Assembly: GCA_036507075.1 (NCBI GenBank)
Contig: DASXQR010000083.1
Coordinates: 96,001-160,000, forward strand
Direction of reading: 5' to 3'
From: Acidobacteriota bacterium
GTDB taxonomy: Bacteria > Acidobacteriota > UBA6911 > JACQSX01
Length of the DNA stretch: 64,000 bases
This document shows, piece after piece, positions 10,786 to 19,723 of this stretch. Under the pieces are notes generated by a model, which was given only the letters and a program-made list of their open reading frames with translations, was not told the origin of the DNA and searched no databases. Made by a program: the position numbers and the translations under genes. The stretch's first letter is position 1, and every line of letters begins with the position of its first letter.

Positions 10786-11426
10786 CTCCGACGCCTCCTG
10801 TCGTTCGCGCTCTGACTTCGTGGAATCCTCCGGCGCAGCAGACCGCCGACGAGCAAGTCGGCAAACTCCCCGGCAATCTGGTCTACTGACATCGGACCGC
10901 CTGGCCGGTACCACTGCGCCGTCCAGTTAAGCGCTCCGAGAACGGCCCATGCCGCGGCGCGCACATCGCACACGCGGAAGACCCGCTCCTGAATCCCCCG
11001 TTGGATCACCCAGCGAATCAGGCGCTCGTACCGGTCGCGCTTTTTGATGATGCTGCGCAGCAGCCCGGAAGGCAGATCGCGAAAATCGATGTGTGCTGCC
11101 GAAGCCTGCATTTCATCCAGCATGCAGCCGAGCTGGGCACGGATAATTTCCCGTAACTGCGCGTCGGCCCGCTTCTCGCGCCGCAGCACCTGCCTGGCCT
11201 CGGCCAGCATCATGTTCAGCGAATATTCCTGACAGAAATAGAGAAGTTCATGTTTGGATTGAAAGTAGTAGTACAGATTCCCCTTGGTCATCTGTATCCG
11301 CTCGCCGATCTCTTTCATGGTGGACACGGCAAAACCATGCCGGCTGAATTCACGGGCCGCCGCGCGCAGAATCTCAACGCGGTTGGACTCGTAGCGCCGG
11401 TACCGGCCCCGCGATTTTGACTGCAT
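10782..11426 (-). CDS. TetR/AcrR family regulator
   Basis: N-terminal HTH ending KGNLYYYFQSK; C-terminal GALNW..WY as in KstR2/PaaR-like proteins. Confidence 0.88.
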   Translation of the reverse strand: MQSKSRGRYRRYESNRVEILRAAAREFSRHGFAVSTMKEIGERIQMTKGNLYYYFQSKHELLYFCQEYSLNMMLAEARQVLRREKRADAQLREIIRAQLGCMLDEMQASAAHIDFRDLPSGLLRSIIKKRDRYERLIRWVIQRGIQERVFRVCDVRAAAWAVLGALNWTAQWYRPGGPMSVDQIAGEFADLLVGGLLRRRIPRSQSANDRRRRR

Positions 11427-11495
11427 GGTCTAATTTTAACTCTAAGGTCAAATTACACGAAGCACTTTCGACTCTCCAGTCCGAAAGTTCACAAG

Positions 11496-11541
11496 CTTGG
11501 TGCCTTGGTGGTAAAAGAACTTGAACCACCAAGGCACCAAG
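11496..11541. repeat. Short palindromic element (CACCAAGGCACCAAG family)
   Basis: CTTGGTGCCTTGGTGGT ... ACCACCAAGGCACCAAG. Confidence 0.7.
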
Positions 11542-11571
11542 CCAGTTCCCGTCGGGGTTTTAGCCGATATC

Positions 11572-12234
11572 ATGAAACCGGATCTTTTCGCCTGGAACCC
11601 GCCGCCGCGATCGTCCTTTCTTCCCCGGGAATTGAAGCTTATAGATTCGCTGCGCACTCCGCGCCGGTTACAGCAGTGGCTGCGAGCCCTGCCTTACAAC
11701 TGGGAGAAACGACGTGAGACGCTGCGTTCCTTTCGCGAAGTGGTCCGCCTGGGCACAGCGCACTGTCTTGAAGCCGCGCTGGCGGCAGCCGTGATCCTCG
11801 AGCAGCACGGATATCCTCCGATCCTGCTCAGCTTTGAATCCGCCGACAAGCTGGACCATGTGCTTTTTGTGTTCAAGCAACGCGGAAAATGGGGCAGCGT
11901 GGCTCGATCCCGCGACGCAGGTCTGCACGGCCGCCGGCCGATGTTTCGCTCAGGCCGGCATCTGGCGTTGAACTATTTCGATACTTATGTTGACTTTACG
12001 GGCCGCATCACCGCCTACGCACTGGTGAATTTGAATTGGCTGGGAAGCTATGACTGGCGTCTCTCGAAAAAGAACATGTGGAAGGTGGAACAGTATCTGA
12101 TCGACTTTCCGCACAAGCCAATTTACTCGTCCGACCGGCGATATCAGAGACTTTTGCGCAGGTATCTCGATTTCAAGAACCGATACCCCGATCGGCAGGC
12201 TGTCTATTACCCCAGCCGCCCGCTTTGGTGGTGA
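11572..12234 (+). CDS. Conserved hypothetical protein, transglutaminase/cysteine-proteinase-like
   Basis: AHCLEAA helix-start Cys followed by DHVLFVF His strand. Confidence 0.55.
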   Translation: MKPDLFAWNPPPRSSFLPRELKLIDSLRTPRRLQQWLRALPYNWEKRRETLRSFREVVRLGTAHCLEAALAAAVILEQHGYPPILLSFESADKLDHVLFVFKQRGKWGSVARSRDAGLHGRRPMFRSGRHLALNYFDTYVDFTGRITAYALVNLNWLGSYDWRLSKKNMWKVEQYLIDFPHKPIYSSDRRYQRLLRRYLDFKNRYPDRQAVYYPSRPLWW

Positions 12235-12310
12235 TTGCAGATCCTGTGATCGCGCCCACTTGGAGCGGCCCCAGGAAACCTGTAAGATGAATGGGCGCCA
12301 GGAGGCCGTC

Positions 12311-12727
12311 ATGAGCCGATTCGCAATAACGCTATTACTCTTATCCCTGCTGACCTGCGGCGCTTTTGCCGATCATCGGGTCCATGGAATCCGAGGCAAA
12401 AAGGTAAAGTACACGACGGCCAATCCGAAAATAACAAAGGAAATGGCCCGGCAGGTCAAGCTTCGCGACGGCTTTGCCGCCGAGGACAAAAAAAGGGTAG
12501 TCCGGTTCGTGATTCCCCCGCGGCTGGGCGGATTGGGAGATTTCAATAATCTGCAGACGTTCAGCAAAGGGGAAGCCGAACGGCGCAAAAAAGTGGAAAA
12601 GGAAGTAATCAAGAAATTCGAAAAGGGCGAAATCTCGCTGGGCGACGCTCAGGCTCGCGTGCTTCACTGGAAGGAATACTCAACCATCCAACGCCAGCAG
12701 AAGCAGATGGTCCGAATACGACAGTAA
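12311..12727 (+). CDS. Secreted protein with degenerate HNH-like segment
   Basis: AGGAGG RBS, signal peptide, RFVIPPRLGG..NNLQ...GEISLGDAQ. Confidence 0.55.
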   Translation: MSRFAITLLLLSLLTCGAFADHRVHGIRGKKVKYTTANPKITKEMARQVKLRDGFAAEDKKRVVRFVIPPRLGGLGDFNNLQTFSKGEAERRKKVEKEVIKKFEKGEISLGDAQARVLHWKEYSTIQRQQKQMVRIRQ

Positions 12728-12737
12728 CCTGTTCTTC

Positions 12738-13421
12738 CTATTTCTTTTGCGGGAGCTCTCTGCGAAGGAATTCTATCGTCCTTTTCCACGCATCAGCGGC
12801 TGCATCTTTGTTATAAACCTCCGAGCGCTCATCGTTGAAGAAGGCGTGCTGTACCCCAGGGTAAATATGCATCTCAGCGCGTTTTCCATTCGCTTTCAAA
12901 TCCTTCTCCAGTTGGCGGACGCTGTCGGGTGTTACAAACGTGTCTTTCTCGGCGTACAAACCCAGCACCGGCGCTTTTAAGTTCCTAATGTCCGGCTTGA
13001 CGTTGGGATGACCTCCATAAAAGACAACACAGGCGCCCACTTCAGGGTTCTTTGAGGCCGCAAACAGCGACAGCGCGCCGCCCATGCAAAACCCTACCGT
13101 CCCCACCTTATCGCTGCTCACGCGGGGATTTGCGAGCAGATAGTGAATGGCGCCTCGCAAGTCCTTCTCGGCCTCGTCGATTCGCATGCTCATCATCAGT
13201 TTGCCCGCTTCATCCGGGGACTTGGTGGATTTGCCGTGATACAGGTCAGGAGCAAGGGCAACAAACCCCTCCTGCGCGAAGCGATCTGCAACCTTCTTGA
13301 TATGGGGCACAAGACCCCACCATTCCTGAATCACGACCACACCGGGACCTTTCCCCCCGGGCAAAGCCAGGTAACCTGAAGCGTTCCGGCCGTTTGATTT
13401 GAATTGAACCAGTTCTCCCAT
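12738..13421 (-). CDS. Dienelactone hydrolase family protein
   Basis: QEWWGL, GFCMGG nucleophile elbow, YPGVQHAF. Confidence 0.92.
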   Translation of the reverse strand: MGELVQFKSNGRNASGYLALPGGKGPGVVVIQEWWGLVPHIKKVADRFAQEGFVALAPDLYHGKSTKSPDEAGKLMMSMRIDEAEKDLRGAIHYLLANPRVSSDKVGTVGFCMGGALSLFAASKNPEVGACVVFYGGHPNVKPDIRNLKAPVLGLYAEKDTFVTPDSVRQLEKDLKANGKRAEMHIYPGVQHAFFNDERSEVYNKDAAADAWKRTIEFLRRELPQKK

Positions 13422-13551
13422 GAGAGCCTCTCTGTTCTTCACATACGCCTGAATATGAGTATACTGAAAGACTTCAGGCATTCACATCTCAGGTTGTTCT
13501 GACTGCTGACGGGACGTTATGAACGCTGAAAGGTTTTAGGAGGTGGCTTCA

Positions 13552-14550
13552 ATGCTTCGAAAAGTTTCCCTGGCAATCGTGGCACTTGGCCTGTGCATCT
13601 CGCTCGCAAAGGCCGACTTTCACTACAAAGAAACAACCAAGCTGGAAGGCGGAATGCTCGGCGGAATGGTCAAAATCATGGGCCGTCTGGGCGGGCAAAA
13701 GATCGACGACGTGCCTTCTGCAATCTACATCAAAGGCGACCGGCTCCGGCGCGAGGATCCTACACACATTCAGTTGATACGGCTGGACAAGGAAGACTTT
13801 GTCGATATCAATCTCAAGGAAAAAACGTACACCATTTTGACTTTCGAGCAGATGCGGGCCCAGTTCGATGAGGCTAATCGCAAGATGCGCGACCGCCGGC
13901 CGAGTAATCAAGACCCCAACGTCACTTTGAAAATGGACTTCAAGGAAAGCGGAAAAACGGACAATGTAGCCGGCTACAGCGCGAAAGAATACATCATGGA
14001 ACTCAGGATGCGGGCAGAAGACAAAGAAAAGAACCAGTCAGCCGAAACGGTAATGAACGGCAGCGTCTGGCTCACCAAAGATGTGCAGGGCTATGATCAG
14101 GTGCGCGATTTCTACCAAAAGTTTGGCCAGAAGTTTGGGCGGGTCTTTGCCGGAATGGGACAGGCGATGGCGAACAATCCGCAGTTCGGCGAGGCGCTCC
14201 AAAAATTCGCGGCCAAGGCCCATGCAATGAACGGCGCACCCGTCCTAACAGTGATCACGTTCTCGGCTGTAGGAGATCCCAACGCACAGGCTCAGCAGGG
14301 GCAGCAACCCCAGGCGAAGGAGGGCGAAGGGGCGTCGGTACCCAGCCTCGGGAAAATCTTCGGCGGGTTCGGCAGGAAGAAAAAGGAAGACAAGAAGGCC
14401 GAGTCCCAGCCTGAATCGTCTGCCCAGCCTCCGGCAGGTGGTCTGGTGCTGTTTAAGTCGCGAACTGAAAGCCGCGACTTCTCCAACAGCCCGGTGGATT
14501 CTTCACTGTTTGACATTCCCGCCGGTTACCGGCAAATTTCAAAGCAGTAA
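13552..14550 (+). CDS. Secreted hypothetical protein, DUF4412-like
   Basis: AGGAGG RBS, signal peptide ending AKA, C-terminal FDIPAGY motif. Confidence 0.6.
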   Translation: MLRKVSLAIVALGLCISLAKADFHYKETTKLEGGMLGGMVKIMGRLGGQKIDDVPSAIYIKGDRLRREDPTHIQLIRLDKEDFVDINLKEKTYTILTFEQMRAQFDEANRKMRDRRPSNQDPNVTLKMDFKESGKTDNVAGYSAKEYIMELRMRAEDKEKNQSAETVMNGSVWLTKDVQGYDQVRDFYQKFGQKFGRVFAGMGQAMANNPQFGEALQKFAAKAHAMNGAPVLTVITFSAVGDPNAQAQQGQQPQAKEGEGASVPSLGKIFGGFGRKKKEDKKAESQPESSAQPPAGGLVLFKSRTESRDFSNSPVDSSLFDIPAGYRQISKQ

Positions 14551-14564
14551 AGCAGGGCCGTGGA

Positions 14565-14632
14565 GAGACGGCCTGAGGGCCGTCTCAGGGGAGTTTTACA
14601 TTTGTGAGTAGAGACGGCCTGAGGGCCGTCTC
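14565..14632. repeat. REP doublet
   Basis: Two identical 22-bp hairpins GAGACGGCCTGAGGGCCGTCTC, the second starting within GTAG; between convergent genes. Confidence 0.8.
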
Positions 14633-14645
14633 TCCGCTCCCAATT

Positions 14646-15866
14646 TCACTGGGCGTATTTTCGCTCGATCTCAGCCAAATCCTTCCTCAGGATTTCATCA
14701 GCCAGATAGCCCGGATACTCGCGAACCAGTTTTCCGTCCGGGGCAAAAAGATAGCTGGTCGGGTAAGCGAAGATTTTGTATTGCTCCTCGATTTTTCCCG
14801 CCGGGTCAAGGGCCACCGGATAATCCATCTTCATTTCCTTGATGAAAGCACGGATATCGTTCAGCTCGCTTTGTTCAGCGATTCCAATGATTTCGAAATG
14901 ACCCCTCTTTTCCTGGTAGATCTTCAGTAACCCGGGGATTTCGGCCTTGCACGGCGCGCACCAGGTCGCCCAGAAATTAACCATCACGATCTTGCCCTTG
15001 AAATCCGCCAGCCGGCGGGTAGAGCCGTCCAGAAACTCCGCCTTGAAGTCATACTTTCCAACTTTGAAATCCGCCGGCCTCAGGGAAACCGCACCGGAAC
15101 CAGAAGCGGCTGAAGTGGTCACAGTCGTTTTGGACACTGCCAGGTTTTCCAGGTTCAAAAAAGCAAGCCTGTTGGCGATCAGGGATAAATGATCGGTGAA
15201 AATCAGCACGCCGATGAACAATAGAATGACTCCACTTGCGATCTCGAGTTTTCGAAGATGAACGCGTACCTTCTTAAAAGTGGCCAGAAACTGGTTGAGA
15301 AAAAGAGCGGCCAGGATGAAACCGATCCCCAGTCCGATCGAATAGAGCGTTAGCAAGAAAACCCCCCGTGTAACAGAAGCGCTGACTGCGGCAAGAGCAA
15401 GAATACCTGCCAAGACTGGCCCCACGCACGGCGTCCAGCCGAAACCAAAGAAAATTCCCGCGGCCATGGCGCCGAGAAAACCGCCGGTCTTCTCCTGCCC
15501 GTGTATTTTTTTGTCGTAGAGAAGAAACGACAGACGGTAGACGCCGATGAGGTGAAGCCCCAGCAAAACGATAATCACGCCGGCAATTCGACCGAGCAGC
15601 TTCAAATTCTCGCGAAGAAAATTCCCCACCGTGGTTGCCGTGGCGCCCAGCGTTATAAACACAATAGAGAAACCGATCACAAAGGCTACGCTCCTGAGGA
15701 ACGCGAGCCAAACCACTTTCTGCCGCCGTTCCGAAGCGGTCAGATCCTCAAACGAGAACCCGGTAATAAAAGAAAGGTAACCCGGTACAATCGGCAGCAC
15801 GCAGGGCGACACAAACGAGAGCGCACCGGCCAGGAAGGCGGTCAAAAAGTCTATGTTCGAGCCCAT
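14646..15866 (-). CDS. CcdA/DsbD transmembrane domain fused to a TlpA-like thioredoxin
   Basis: SPCVLP, WTPCVGP and C-terminal NFWATWCAPC. Confidence 0.9.
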   Translation of the reverse strand: MGSNIDFLTAFLAGALSFVSPCVLPIVPGYLSFITGFSFEDLTASERRQKVVWLAFLRSVAFVIGFSIVFITLGATATTVGNFLRENLKLLGRIAGVIIVLLGLHLIGVYRLSFLLYDKKIHGQEKTGGFLGAMAAGIFFGFGWTPCVGPVLAGILALAAVSASVTRGVFLLTLYSIGLGIGFILAALFLNQFLATFKKVRVHLRKLEIASGVILLFIGVLIFTDHLSLIANRLAFLNLENLAVSKTTVTTSAASGSGAVSLRPADFKVGKYDFKAEFLDGSTRRLADFKGKIVMVNFWATWCAPCKAEIPGLLKIYQEKRGHFEIIGIAEQSELNDIRAFIKEMKMDYPVALDPAGKIEEQYKIFAYPTSYLFAPDGKLVREYPGYLADEILRKDLAEIERKYAQ

Positions 15867-15983
15867 ATCAATCCTCTGACGCTAAATCGCGGCTTTGGTT
15901 TGACCAAAGTCCGTAACGCATAATGTCATTCAAATTCTTAGATATTTGAGAGACGATTGCAAGATTTCGTTCGTGGGGTACTT

Positions 15984-16355
15984 GTGAAGCGCGCTTACAC
16001 CATTGTCTCCTGGGTTGCGGTCGTCGTTTGGATGGGGGCGCTCTTCATCTCATCTTCCCATCCGGTGCCTGAGAAGGTCGGGCTCATTCCGGACAAGGTT
16101 CTGCACTTTGCGGCTTACTTTGCCCTCGGTCTCTTATACGTAAATGCCCTCACCAACGGTTTCGCAAAACCAATGCGTTGGCGTGAGGCACTGCTGGCCA
16201 TTGGCCTTTCCACAATCTTTGGGGTTTTTGACGAGTGGCACCAGAGTTATGTTCCCACACGATCCATGTCTTTTCTGGATGTCGTGTTCGATTTTCTGGG
16301 ATCTTCATCCGCGGCAGCCTGTTTGCTCTGCTTTAGAAGAATTCGAAACGGGTAG
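15984..16355 (+). CDS. VanZ family membrane protein
   Basis: DKVLHFAAY, DEWHQSYVPTR..D. Confidence 0.85.
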   Translation: MKRAYTIVSWVAVVVWMGALFISSSHPVPEKVGLIPDKVLHFAAYFALGLLYVNALTNGFAKPMRWREALLAIGLSTIFGVFDEWHQSYVPTRSMSFLDVVFDFLGSSSAAACLLCFRRIRNG

Positions 16356-16365
16356 ACCGAAAGCG

Positions 16366-16600
16366 CGCGACCGTAAGCCCGGACTATTCATAAATCTTCA
16401 CCGCCAAGAACGCCAAGAGCGCTAAGAAAAGCGGCAAGGACGGGGGCTGAAAACTTGAAGCATGAAGACTACCGAGATGAAAAGAAAAGGTTAATGACCT
16501 TCATGCTTCAAGTTTTCAGCCCCCGTCCTTGCCGCTCTCTTGGCCTTCTTGGCGGTCTTCGCGTTAAGTCTTTTATGAATAATCCGGGCTTACGGTCGCG
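16366..16600. mobile_element. Long palindromic MITE-like element, copy 1
   Basis: Ends CGCGACCGTAAGCCCGGA / TCCGGGCTTACGGTCGCG, arms of about 100 bp; related copies at 45342 and 56346. Confidence 0.7.
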
Positions 16601-16617
16601 GTGCGGCGGCGGCTGGA

Positions 16618-17010
16618 TCAGAAATTTGCTGCCTGCGCCTGTTGCTGCTGCTCCTCCTGCTGCTGCTCAAAGACTTCCTGGCAGGCGGTACACCGAGGCG
16701 CCCATGGAACTGCCTCCAGCCGCTTTGCGGGAATCTCCTCGCCGCAATCTTCGCACTTGCCGTATGTTCCATCATCGATACGGCGCAGGGCCGCTTCGAT
16801 GGCAACGAACTGCGCTCTTTCCACGTCGCTCAATTTATAGAGGAACTCCTTGGTGTAACTGCTCAGAGCCATGTCTCCGCTGTCGGCGGTTTCCGACCAC
16901 AAGTTCTCATCACGACCCTGATCGGTCACTCTTTGCATCTTAGCCACGATTGCCCGACGAATGCCTGTCAGATGGTGCCGGTGTTTTTCAAATTCGTTTT
17001 TCTTCTTCAT
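16618..17010 (-). CDS. DksA/TraR family C4 zinc-finger protein
   Basis: DSGDMA (DxxDxA), YGKCEDC, RCTAC; Gln-rich tail. Confidence 0.88.
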   Translation of the reverse strand: MKKKNEFEKHRHHLTGIRRAIVAKMQRVTDQGRDENLWSETADSGDMALSSYTKEFLYKLSDVERAQFVAIEAALRRIDDGTYGKCEDCGEEIPAKRLEAVPWAPRCTACQEVFEQQQEEQQQQAQAANF

Positions 17011-17273
17011 CACTTCCATCCTTCTCTCGCTCCTGCTTTTCCAAGTTGTCGTACCCAAGAAGCACTTTATGTGCCACTTCGACGAAAGCACCTTCATAGG
17101 CTTGAGATTCCCGTCGGAGAGATAAGTTTTGAATATTTTTTTCCGAGAATTCGAAAGACTGGCTGTTCTGTAAATTTTTCCGTTCCAGCGGCAAAATCCG
17201 GCCCATTTAAGAAATTTTTGAAAATGTCATTTCTCGGCTCGCGGAGTATTAAAATAAGAGGAATGGAGTACGA

Positions 17274-18065
17274 ATGACACGCAGTTCCAGCCTCCTGACG
17301 TTCGCCGCCTTTTTCCTGCTGGCAAATGCCGGCTGTGGCAACCGTATTTCAAAGGTTACGCGGGTTACCGTAGCGCCGGACCAGTTAACCAGGGCCAGCG
17401 CAATTATTCGGGAGGCTGACGGCCTGATGGCGCGGGGAGAAACCTATGCAGCGCTGATCAAGTATCTTGACGCCGCCAAGCTCAATCCTAACAGCGAAAT
17501 CGTGTTCAACAAGATCGCCATTTCCTACACAAAGTTGAACTATTACGACCGCGCCACAGAGGCGGCCATACGGAGCCTGGGCTTGAACCCGAAATATCCG
17601 TTCGGCTATAACACGCTGGGAACAATCCAGTTGGTGCAGCACAAAGCCGGCGCGGCGATAAGGAATTTCCGACGCGCTATAGGGCTGAACGGCAAAGTCG
17701 CGTTTTTTTACCTCAATCTGGGAAATGCCTACCTGGAGCAAAAGAACAGCGACAAGGCAATGAAGGCCTTCCATGAGGCCTTGACCATTGATCCCGACGT
17801 CATGAACCGGCAGGCAGGTGTCGGGGTACAGGCTGCGTCGGCGCAATTCAACGACGCCAGGCGAAACTATTTTATGGCGCGCGTGTTTGCCGAAAGGGGC
17901 CAGGACCTGCTGGCGCTGGAGCTTCTGAAAAGAGCTTTGTCCGGCGGTTTTACCGACGTCGAGCGGATCATGAAAGATAAGGAATTCAACCGGCTCCGCG
18001 GAACCAAGGAATTCAAGGATTTGCTCGAAGAGTACGGCCTGGCCGCCAAAACCGCCAAAAGTTGA
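17274..18065 (+). CDS. TPR-repeat lipoprotein
   Basis: Lipobox-like LANAGC and several TPR units (YLNLGNAY..A..AF..AL.IDP). Confidence 0.8.
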   Translation: MTRSSSLLTFAAFFLLANAGCGNRISKVTRVTVAPDQLTRASAIIREADGLMARGETYAALIKYLDAAKLNPNSEIVFNKIAISYTKLNYYDRATEAAIRSLGLNPKYPFGYNTLGTIQLVQHKAGAAIRNFRRAIGLNGKVAFFYLNLGNAYLEQKNSDKAMKAFHEALTIDPDVMNRQAGVGVQAASAQFNDARRNYFMARVFAERGQDLLALELLKRALSGGFTDVERIMKDKEFNRLRGTKEFKDLLEEYGLAAKTAKS

Positions 18066-18111
18066 GCGCGAATTTGACGAAGTTATTTAGAAAATTCGTG
18101 GCCGACCCCCT

Positions 18112-18963
18112 ATGCAGCTATTAAAAGCGACCCTGGATCAATACGCGAGAAGTTTTCCCTATCAGCTCAGGCTGACGAGCGATCCCGTTCAGTATGTTTA
18201 CCGCTATTCTGACGATCGCGATCGCGAGGTGGCGGCGCTCTTTTCGGCCGCCTTTGCGTATGGAAATGTGGTTCAGATCCTGAAAAGTCTGAAAGTACTC
18301 TTCCGTTTGATGGGCAAAAGTCCTTACCGGTTTGTGATGAGTTTTTCGGGGCCGGATCGAAAACCGCTGCGGAGCTTTTATCACCGGTTCAACACCGGGA
18401 CAGACGTGGCGGCTCTGTGCCTGGCGCTGCAGCGGACTTTTAATGAATTCGGCAGCCTGCAGAATCTGTTCCTTTGCGGACATCAATCAAATGCAAGAAC
18501 CATCGAGGATGGACTTTCCCGTTTTGTGGCAAATCTGTTGGCGCGGGTCCCGCCTGAGATTTACGGGCGGGTCGAGCTGCCGCATGACGCGGGCGTACGT
18601 TTTCTGCTGTCTTCACCTGAATCTGGAAGCGCCTGCAAACGCATGAATCTGTTCCTGCGCTGGATGGTGCGCCCAGCGCCGGTCGATTTCCGGCTGTGGA
18701 AGCGCGTGCGCCCCGACCAACTGGTGCTCCCGGTTGACACTCACATAGCCCGAATTGGGCGTTACATCGGGCTCACTCCACGAAAAAATATCGGCTGGAA
18801 GATGGCCCTGGAAATGACGGAGGCATTGCGGGCGCTCGATCCCGTTGATCCGATCCGTTATGACTTCGCGCTCTGTCACCTGGGAATTATGCGCGGTTGT
18901 CCGGCCCGTTTCGATAAGCGCAAGTGTCAGGAATGCCCGATCCGGGATATCTGCACGCTGTGA
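18112..18963 (+). CDS. TIGR02757/DUF2400 family protein
   Basis: SACKRMNLFLRWMVR, PVDTH, DPIRYDFAL; Cys-rich C-terminus. Confidence 0.88.
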   Translation: MQLLKATLDQYARSFPYQLRLTSDPVQYVYRYSDDRDREVAALFSAAFAYGNVVQILKSLKVLFRLMGKSPYRFVMSFSGPDRKPLRSFYHRFNTGTDVAALCLALQRTFNEFGSLQNLFLCGHQSNARTIEDGLSRFVANLLARVPPEIYGRVELPHDAGVRFLLSSPESGSACKRMNLFLRWMVRPAPVDFRLWKRVRPDQLVLPVDTHIARIGRYIGLTPRKNIGWKMALEMTEALRALDPVDPIRYDFALCHLGIMRGCPARFDKRKCQECPIRDICTL

Positions 18964-19048
18964 CGGCCAGTCCGTTCTTGGCGGTGAAGATTCTCGAATG
19001 ATCCGGACTGGCCGCCCCTACAGGTGCCTGATCCTTTACAATGGTTCG

Positions 19049-19723
19049 ATGCTGCGTCTGACATTGGCGGTCTTACTGCTTTCGGGAACGTTGGCGTCAG
19101 GACAGGATCCCGAGGACAGATCGCGGCAGAAGGCGCCCAAAATCGCTCCCGAAGACTTCAAGGAATATATGGATCTTGTTCGGACGCGGGCGCAGAATCT
19201 GCCGGAATCCCGCGATTTGGAAGCCGCCACACGCAATAGTTTCGAACGGATTTATCTGCACCAACTGCGTTCCAACTTTCAGAGCAAACCGTCGCCCCGG
19301 CGCGTGATGGAAAAGATTAAGGGGATCTTTCGCGAGTTTGACGCCGCGCAGCGAACGCTCAGAACTCTGCGCGGGAACGTGCCTGCTGCTTCCAGTCGTG
19401 AAATGAACAAGATCATGGACCGGCTCGATCATTCCGCTCGGACCATTCAGGGGGACTTCGAGGAATACTTTACCGAACTCAATCGAGGCTCTTTGAACAT
19501 AGAAATTCCGCAACTGGGAGAGGACGCGCAGCAGTGGAGATTCTATCTGGTGCGGGTAGATCAGTGCTTCAGCATTCTCAACGAGCAGCTCCAGCAGTAT
19601 TTTTTCCGCCCGGAACCCGGCCGGGTGGCGGTTCAGGACTATCGAAATCCCGGAGTTGCCACAATCACCAAAGCCATCCGCCAACTAACAAGGATTTACC
19701 GCGAAAGACTAAAAGTGCGGTGA
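19049..19723 (+). CDS. Secreted helical hypothetical protein
   Basis: Signal peptide MLRLTLAVLLLSG; TGATG coupling to the next gene. Confidence 0.6.
   Translation: MLRLTLAVLLLSGTLASGQDPEDRSRQKAPKIAPEDFKEYMDLVRTRAQNLPESRDLEAATRNSFERIYLHQLRSNFQSKPSPRRVMEKIKGIFREFDAAQRTLRTLRGNVPAASSREMNKIMDRLDHSARTIQGDFEEYFTELNRGSLNIEIPQLGEDAQQWRFYLVRVDQCFSILNEQLQQYFFRPEPGRVAVQDYRNPGVATITKAIRQLTRIYRERLKVR

Noticed and set aside
16988..17206. 72-aa ORF upstream of the dksA-like gene
   Set aside because: Lies in an AT-rich divergent promoter region, with no clear RBS or motif
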